From contig NZ_CP010341.1 of assembly GCF_000940845.1 (NCBI RefSeq), positions 1,560,001 to 1,592,000 of the forward strand: DNA of 32,000 nucleotides, given 5' to 3'. This stretch comes from Propionibacterium freudenreichii subsp. freudenreichii (GTDB lineage: Bacteria; Actinomycetota; Actinomycetes; Propionibacteriales; Propionibacteriaceae). Shown in pieces: positions 26,605-32,000 of this stretch. The notes below the pieces were generated by a model. That model did not search any database, was not told where the DNA came from, and saw only the letters and a list, made by a program, of their open reading frames with translations. Made by a program: the position numbers and the translations under genes. Numbering within the stretch: the first letter of the stretch is position 1; every line of letters starts with the position of its first letter.

Positions 26605-27771
26605 TCAGACGAGCACCTGGGGTGTGCCCTGCTCGGGGAAGTCCGCAGCGATCTTGTTCGCTTCCTCGATGAGCGTTTCGACGATGGCGTCCTCCGGCAC
26701 CGTCTTGATCACCTTGCCCTTGACGATGATCTGTCCCTTGCCATTGCCCGAGGCAACCCCCAGGTCGGCCTCGCGGGCCTCCCCGGGTCCGTTGACCACG
26801 CAGCCCATGACGGCAACCCGAATCGGGATGGTCATGTCCTTCATGGCCTCGGTGACCTGCTCGGCCAGCGTGTAGACGTCCACCTGGGCGCGTCCGCAAC
26901 TGGGACAGCTGACGATCTCGAACTGGCGGGGACGAAGGTTCAGGGCCTCCAGGATCTTGACCCCCACCTTCACCTCCTGCACCGGATCAGCCGACAGCGA
27001 CACGCGAATCGTGTCCCCGATGCCCTCGGCGAGCAGCGCCCCGAAGGCCACCGACGACTTGATGGTGCCCTGGAACGCCGGCCCGGCCTCGGTGACACCC
27101 AGGTGCAGGGGGTAATCGCAGGCCTGGGACAGGCGACGGTATGCCTCCACCATGATGACGGGATCATGGTGCTTCACGGAGATGGCAAAGTCGCGGAAGC
27201 CGACATCCTCGAAGAGCCGGGCCTCGTTGAGGGCCGACTGCACGAGTGCGCCGGCCGGGTCGGTTTCGTACAGCCGGTGCAACCGCTTGTCCAGCGAACC
27301 GGCATTGATGCCGATGCGCAGGCCGGTGCCGTGTTCGGTGGCCGACCTGGCGATCTCGGCGATCTTGTTGTCGAAGGCCTTGATATTGCCCGGATTGACG
27401 CGCACGGCCGCACAGCCGGCCTCGATGGCCGCGATCACGTACTTCGGGTTGAAGTGGATGTCGGCCACCACCGGGATCTGCGAGCGGCTGGCGATGGCGG
27501 GGAGCGCATCCACGTCATCCTGGCTGGGCACGGCCACGCGCACGATGTCGCATCCCGCCGCGGTGAGCTTGGCGATCTGCTGCAGCGTGGCATTGACATC
27601 GGCGGTGAGCGTATTGGTCATGGACTGCACCGAGATCGGGGCGTCGCCACCGATGAAGACCTTGCCAACGCGAATCTTGCGGGTCCTGCGTCGGGGAGCG
27701 AGCACCCCGGTGGGGGGACGCGTGAACTCCCCGGAGTCCGTCGCCTGGTTGGTCATGCCGCTGTCAGCCAT
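26605..27771 (-). CDS. ispG: 4-hydroxy-3-methylbut-2-en-1-yl diphosphate synthase (flavodoxin)
   Basis: The 388-aa ORF has conserved GcpE blocks ([26 protein letters not shown]) and the [4Fe-4S] cysteines (SCPSCGR ... [10 protein letters not shown]). Confidence 0.95.
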   Translation of the reverse strand: MADSGMTNQATDSGEFTRPPTGVLAPRRRTRKIRVGKVFIGGDAPISVQSMTNTLTADVNATLQQIAKLTAAGCDIVRVAVPSQDDVDALPAIASRSQIPVVADIHFNPKYVIAAIEAGCAAVRVNPGNIKAFDNKIAEIARSATEHGTGLRIGINAGSLDKRLHRLYETDPAGALVQSALNEARLFEDVGFRDFAISVKHHDPVIMVEAYRRLSQACDYPLHLGVTEAGPAFQGTIKSSVAFGALLAEGIGDTIRVSLSADPVQEVKVGVKILEALNLRPRQFEIVSCPSCGRAQVDVYTLAEQVTEAMKDMTIPIRVAVMGCVVNGPGEAREADLGVASGNGKGQIIVKGKVIKTVPEDAIVETLIEEANKIAADFPEQGTPQVLV

Positions 27772-27778
27772 GGATTCA

Positions 27779-27784
27779 AGAATA
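27779..27784 (-). promoter_or_regulatory. candidate -10 hexamer TATTCT, 7 nt upstream of the ispG ATG (predicted leaderless)
   Basis: The reverse strand reads GGGGGACGAC-TATTCT-TGAATCC-ATG GCT GAC. It lies in the 72-nt dxr-ispG spacer. Confidence 0.35.
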
Positions 27785-27843
27785 GTCGTCCCCCGGCTGC
27801 GGACCGGGGTCGGCGCCCGGGCCGGTACCGGCGGGCCGGGTGA

Positions 27844-29037
27844 TCAGGCGTCGTTGACGCCGCAGTAGGCACGTGCCCTGTCGCGCGCCCAGGCGTCGGC
27901 AGCCAGGACGTCCTGCACGCTCAATTCCCCGATGCGAGGTTTCGCATGGTGCTCGTGGAGCACCTTGGCGATGTTGTCGGTGATGTCCAGGAAGCCGATG
28001 AGCCCGCTGAGGAAGGCCTCGACGCACACCTCGTTGGCGCCATTGAACACTGCCGGGGCCGTGCCGCCGGCCTTGCCTGCGCGCCGTGCCATCTCAGGGG
28101 CCGGGAAGGTGTCGGTGTCCAATGGCTCGAAGCTCCACTGGGCAGCCCTGGTCCAGTCGCAACCCAGGGCAGCATCCTTCATGCGGGCCGGCCAGGTGAG
28201 CGCAAGCCCGATGGGCAGGCGCATATCGGGGGGCGAGGCCTGCATGATGGTGGCGCCGTCGAAGAACTCCACACCGGAGTGCACCATCGACTGGGGATGG
28301 ACCACCACGTTGATCGCGTCATAGTCGACGTCGTACAGCAGCGCCGCCTCGATGAGCTCGAGGCCCTTGTTGACCAGCGTGGCCGAGTTGATGGTGATCA
28401 CCCTGCCCATGTGCCAGGTGGGATGGGCCAGGGCCTGCTCGGGGGTCACGCTGCGCAGCTCGTCGCGGGTGCGTCCACGGAAGGGCCCGCCGGACGCGGT
28501 GAGCATCAGGCTACGGACCTCCCGGGAACCTCCCCCACGCAGGCATTGCGCAAAGGCGGAATGCTCGGAGTCGACGGCGACGAGCTGGCCGGGCCGGGCC
28601 GCCTGCGTGACGAGCGTCCCGCCGATCACCAACGATTCCTTGTTGGCCAGGGCCAGGGTCGTGCCGGCTTCCAGCGTGGTGAGCGTGGCATGCAGTCCGG
28701 CCGCCCCCGTGATCGCATTGAGCACCACGTCGGTCTTCATCGCCGCGAGTTCCTGGTTGGCCGATTCGCCGGAGATCAACTTCGGGCGACGCGTTCCCCC
28801 GGCTGCCTCGAAGGCATGCCAGAACTCCTCCTCGTGGCCCGCCTCGGCGATTCCCACGACCGGCACCTCGAACTGGACGGCCTGCTGGGCCAACAGCGCC
28901 ACGTGGGCACCACCCGCCGACAATCCGGTGATCCGGAAACTGTCGCGGCGGGGGTCGATCACCTCACAGGTCTGCGTTCCGATCGATCCGGTACTGCCAA
29001 GAAGCACAACATCACGCACACGCCGATTATGGCCCAT
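27844..29037 (-). CDS. dxr: 1-deoxy-D-xylulose-5-phosphate reductoisomerase
   Basis: The ORF has the NADPH-binding motif VVLLGSTGSIGTQ and the conserved LANKESLV and HPTWHMG blocks. The start is taken as ATG 29037 (397 aa). An alternative GTG at 29019 is preceded by CATAAT-N6. The ORF-track start at 29142 overlaps rlmN. Confidence 0.93.
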   Translation of the reverse strand: MGHNRRVRDVVLLGSTGSIGTQTCEVIDPRRDSFRITGLSAGGAHVALLAQQAVQFEVPVVGIAEAGHEEEFWHAFEAAGGTRRPKLISGESANQELAAMKTDVVLNAITGAAGLHATLTTLEAGTTLALANKESLVIGGTLVTQAARPGQLVAVDSEHSAFAQCLRGGGSREVRSLMLTASGGPFRGRTRDELRSVTPEQALAHPTWHMGRVITINSATLVNKGLELIEAALLYDVDYDAINVVVHPQSMVHSGVEFFDGATIMQASPPDMRLPIGLALTWPARMKDAALGCDWTRAAQWSFEPLDTDTFPAPEMARRAGKAGGTAPAVFNGANEVCVEAFLSGLIGFLDITDNIAKVLHEHHAKPRIGELSVQDVLAADAWARDRARAYCGVNDA

Positions 29038-29107
29038 CGCCCATCGGGCGGTGCCCAAACGCGGTGCGGCCGGTGTGGCGGGCCTGCCGCCACGGCTCCC
29101 CGGATGC

Positions 29108-30244
29108 TCAGCGCGCCTTGACGGCGGCGGCCAACTGACCACAGGCCCCGTCGATCTCGCGGCCGCGGGTGTCGCGGACCGTCACGGGCACGTGATGGTT
29201 CTCCAGGTGCCTGACGAAGGCCTCCTCGTCCTCACGCCGGGAGGCCGTCCACTTCGATCCCGGGGTGGGATTCAGCGGAATGAGGTTGACATGGCACCAG
29301 CCCCAGTCGCCGCGTTCCTTGAGGCGGCGCGCCAGCAGGTCGGCACGCCAGGACTGGTCGTTGATGTCCTTGATGAGGGCATATTCGATGGACACGCGCC
29401 GCTTGGTGTTCTCGGCATAGGCCCAGGCCGCGTCCAGCACGGCATCGATGTTGAAGTGCTTGTTGAGCGGCACGAGCTCGTCGCGCAGCTCATCGTCGGG
29501 GGCGTGCAGGGAAATGGCCAGGGTCGCCGGGATCCCGGTGTCGGACAGCTCATTGATGCGCGGAACCATCCCAATGGTGGACACGGTGACCCCGCGCGCC
29601 GAGATGCCCAGCCCATCGGGCTCGGGGCGCGTGATCTCGCGGACTGCGCCCAGCACGGCCTTGAAGTTCGCCATGGGCTCCCCCATCCCCATGAACACGA
29701 CATTGTTGATGCGTCCGGGGCCCCCGGGAATCTCCCCGTTCGCGAGGCGACGGGCGCCATCCAGTACCTGCCCGACGATCTCGGCGGCGGACAGGTTGCG
29801 CTGCAGGCCGCCCTGGCCGGTGGCACAGAAGGGGCAATTCATCGCGCAGCCCGCCTCCGAACTGATGCAGATCGTGGTGCGGTGCGGATAGCGCATCAGC
29901 ACCGATTCGACCAACGAACCATCGTGCAGCTGCCAGGCGACCTTGACGGTGCGCCCGTGGTCGGCGCTCAATGCCTGCACCGGGGTGAGGAGCTGGGGGA
30001 ACAATTTGTCGGCGACCTCGTCGCGGACGGCAGCCGGCAGGTCAGTCCACTGGCGCGGGTCGTGCTCGCACCTGCTGAACCAATGCGTGGAAATCTGCTT
30101 GGCGCGGAAGGCCGGCAGTCCGAGTGCCCTGACCGCCTCGATGCGCTCATCGACGCCCAGGTCCATCCAGTGCTTGGGGGGACGTCGCCCCGGACCGGTC
30201 GACATGATCTCGTCAATGGTTCGGGCGCTCTGCACAGTACTCAC
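29108..30244 (-). CDS. rlmN: 23S rRNA (adenine2503-C2)-methyltransferase, radical SAM
   Basis: The ORF has the radical-SAM cluster motif [11 protein letters not shown] and conserved RlmN blocks ([21 protein letters not shown]). The start is taken as GTG 30244, which overlaps the cdsA stop (GTGA). Alternatives are GTG 30235 and ATG 30205. The 628-aa ORF-track version overlaps cdsA in another frame. Confidence 0.9.
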   Translation of the reverse strand: MSTVQSARTIDEIMSTGPGRRPPKHWMDLGVDERIEAVRALGLPAFRAKQISTHWFSRCEHDPRQWTDLPAAVRDEVADKLFPQLLTPVQALSADHGRTVKVAWQLHDGSLVESVLMRYPHRTTICISSEAGCAMNCPFCATGQGGLQRNLSAAEIVGQVLDGARRLANGEIPGGPGRINNVVFMGMGEPMANFKAVLGAVREITRPEPDGLGISARGVTVSTIGMVPRINELSDTGIPATLAISLHAPDDELRDELVPLNKHFNIDAVLDAAWAYAENTKRRVSIEYALIKDINDQSWRADLLARRLKERGDWGWCHVNLIPLNPTPGSKWTASRREDEEAFVRHLENHHVPVTVRDTRGREIDGACGQLAAAVKAR

Positions 30245-31086
30245 ACGATCAAAACGTACATCACGAGCCAAGCGGCGGGCGCGGCAGCGAGCAGGGAGTC
30301 GAGCCGATCCATGACGCCACCGTGGCCGGGCAGCACATGACTCATGTCCTTGATGCCGGCATCGCGCTTGATCGCCGATTCGACCAGATCGCCCACGACG
30401 CCGCAGCAGCCCGCGACCAGGCCCAGCAGCAGGCCCACCCAGGCCGGGGCGTGCAGCAATCCGTGCACGGCCAGCGCGCACAGCACCATGGCTGTCACGA
30501 TGCCTCCGGCGAAGCCCTCCCAGCTCTTGGCCGGGGAGATCCTGGGCGCCATCTTGTGCTTGCCGAACAACACCCCGACCACATAGGCACCGGTGTCGGA
30601 CGCGATGGGTGCCAACAGGAAGCAGAAGATGCGTGCCACCCCGCTGCTGCCCGCCAACATGAGGGCCACCGTGGAGCCCAGCAGCGGCAGATAGCCGATG
30701 ACGAACAGGCTTGCCGCTGCGTCGCGCACGAAGTCCTGCGTGCCGCGGGGAATGCGCCAGAACAGGGCGACGATGACCATGAGCGCAAGCCCGCCCACGA
30801 TGAATCCCAGGGCGCTCTCCGGTTCGCCGGACCCCTGACCCACGGCATAGGAGCCAATCATCACGATGGGCGTGCCCACCAGAATGGGCCAGCGCGCCGG
30901 GTGCATGTCCAGCTTCTCGAGGGCGTTGCAGACCTCCCAGACGCCCAGGGCCAGCGCGAGCGCCACGAACAGGGCGAAGCCCCAGTTCCACCACAGCAGG
31001 GTGGCGACGACCACCGCACCGAGGATCACCCCGGTGGTGATGGCCGCCGGCAGATTGCGCCCGGGGCTGCGCTTGGCCGCCGACAC
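30241..31086 (-). CDS. cdsA: phosphatidate cytidylyltransferase
   Basis: The 281-aa ORF is polytopic and has the C-terminal CDS signature [28 protein letters not shown]. The GTG start has a GAGGTAG Shine-Dalgarno overlapping the frr stop. Confidence 0.9.
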   Translation of the reverse strand: MSAAKRSPGRNLPAAITTGVILGAVVVATLLWWNWGFALFVALALALGVWEVCNALEKLDMHPARWPILVGTPIVMIGSYAVGQGSGEPESALGFIVGGLALMVIVALFWRIPRGTQDFVRDAAASLFVIGYLPLLGSTVALMLAGSSGVARIFCFLLAPIASDTGAYVVGVLFGKHKMAPRISPAKSWEGFAGGIVTAMVLCALAVHGLLHAPAWVGLLLGLVAGCCGVVGDLVESAIKRDAGIKDMSHVLPGHGGVMDRLDSLLAAAPAAWLVMYVLIV

Positions 31087-31094
31087 CGTCTACC

Positions 31095-31652
31095 TCAGAC
31101 AGCCAGCAATTCGGCCTCTTTGGCCTTGAGCAGCTCGTCGACCAACTCGGTGTACTTCTTGGTCACCGCGTCCAGCTGCTTCTCGGAGACGCGCGCGTCG
31201 TCCTCGCCGATCTCCTTGTCCTTCTCCTGGGCCTTGATGGCGTCCATCCCGCGGCGACGGTGCCCGCGAATGGCGATCTTGGCGTCCTCGGCCTTGGTGC
31301 GCACGATCTTGATGTATTCCTTGCGGCGCTCCTCGGTGAGCTCGGGCAGCACGGCGCGGATGGCATTGCCGTCACTGGCCGGATTGACGCCCAGATCGGA
31401 GTCGCGCACCGCCTTCTCGATGGCTCCCAGTGCCCCCTTGTCGTAGGGGGTGATGAGCATGGTGCGCGGGTCGGGCGAGCTGAAACTGGCCAGCTGCTGG
31501 ATCGGGGTGGGGACGCCGTAGTACTCGGCCTCGAGCTTTTCGAACATCGCCGGGTTCGCCCGGCCGGTGCGCACGCCGGAGAAGTCCTCCTTGGCGAAGT
31601 CGATGGCCCCCTGCATCTTCTTCTCGGCGCTCTTGATGATGTCGCTTGTCAC
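31095..31652 (-). CDS. frr: ribosome recycling factor
   Basis: The protein is 185 aa from GTG 31652, with an AGGGAG Shine-Dalgarno 7 nt upstream. It has the canonical Frr sequence ([17 protein letters not shown] ... [13 protein letters not shown]). Confidence 0.95.
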   Translation of the reverse strand: MTSDIIKSAEKKMQGAIDFAKEDFSGVRTGRANPAMFEKLEAEYYGVPTPIQQLASFSSPDPRTMLITPYDKGALGAIEKAVRDSDLGVNPASDGNAIRAVLPELTEERRKEYIKIVRTKAEDAKIAIRGHRRRGMDAIKAQEKDKEIGEDDARVSEKQLDAVTKKYTELVDELLKAKEAELLAV

Positions 31653-31724
31653 TTCTACTCCCTTGAGAACAACGAATATGGCTGATGGCCGCACTCCATG
31701 GGACACAGGGCCCATGGTGGCGTG

Positions 31725-32000
31725 TCAGTAATGCACGAGCGTGCCGATCTTCTCCCCCCGCACGGCCCTCATGATGTTGTCGGGGTCGTCCATGTTGAAG
31801 AAGATCATGTTCAGCTGGTTGTCGCGGGCCAGGCTGACCGCAGTGGCGTCGGCCACCTTGAGGTCCTTGGCCAGGAACTCGTCGTAGGACAAGTCGTCGT
31901 AGAGGTGCGCATCGGCGTTCGTGCGGGGATCTGAGTCGTACACCCCTTCGACACCGTTCTTGGCCATCAGCAGGACCTCGGCGCCGATCTCCAGCGCGCG
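31725..32000 (-). CDS. pyrH: UMP kinase, C-terminal part (5' end lies beyond the right edge)
   Basis: The frame stays open to the window edge. It reads ...[31 protein letters not shown]...[20 protein letters not shown], a typical PyrH C-terminus. pyrH-frr-cdsA is a conserved cluster. Confidence 0.9.
   Translation of the reverse strand, partial: RALEIGAEVLLMAKNGVEGVYDSDPRTNADAHLYDDLSYDEFLAKDLKVADATAVSLARDNQLNMIFFNMDDPDNIMRAVRGEKIGTLVHY

Noticed and set aside
29108-30994. A 628-aa version of the rlmN ORF. Similar 5'-extended versions exist for coaD (to 1495), rnj (to 7358), ribF (to 13268), rimP (to 22553), proS (to 25607), dxr (to 29142) and frr (to 31715).
   Set aside because: The extensions overlap the upstream gene or intergenic repeats, are Arg/Pro/Gly-rich, and have no homologous counterpart at the N-termini of these well-known families. 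Internal starts with a Shine-Dalgarno, a -10 element or start/stop overlap give canonical protein lengths.

Overview
This is a GC-rich, actinobacterial-type chromosomal core region (possibly Propionibacteriales-like, but I cannot confirm that without a search). Coding density is very high and 27 of the 30 genes I call lie on the minus strand. Almost every real gene is a recognisable housekeeping gene for translation, RNA metabolism or isoprenoid and lipid synthesis. In coordinate order they are: rpmF (5' end only), yceD/DUF177, coaD, rsmD, a PNPOx-family gene (+), recG, rpmB, rnj, a GNAT gene (+), a DUF2993/LmeA-like gene, dapB, pnp, rpsO, ribF, glpK, glpF, truB, rbfA, infB, ylxR, nusA, rimP, a Tat-lipoprotein of unknown function (+), proS, a GNAT gene, ispG, dxr, rlmN, cdsA, frr and pyrH (3' part only). 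The many long ORFs on the opposite strand of these genes are GC-driven shadow ORFs. I found no integrase, transposase, CRISPR array, toxin-antitoxin pair, defence-type gene or unexplained multi-gene cassette, so I do not see evidence for a novel multi-gene system here. The points worth a second look are non-coding or organisational. (1) A 25-bp tandem repeat array fills the divergent rimP/lipoprotein promoter region. (2) A 20-bp tandem repeat lies between ispG and the downstream GNAT gene. (3) A TANNNT hexamer sits 6-7 nt upstream of the start codon of eight operon-leading genes; this predicts leaderless mRNAs, helps fix several start codons, and implies an internal promoter ahead of ylxR-infB. 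(4) glpFK is wedged between truB and ribF, next to a perfect 38-nt palindrome with a tRNA T-loop-like core. (5) The rpsO leader and the rpsO-pnp spacer are structured. (6) Genes that flank these loci in model actinobacteria are missing here (no rseP between dxr and ispG, no M16 peptidase between pnp and dapB). All coordinates and motifs were read by eye from the sequence. No database search or folding calculation was run.
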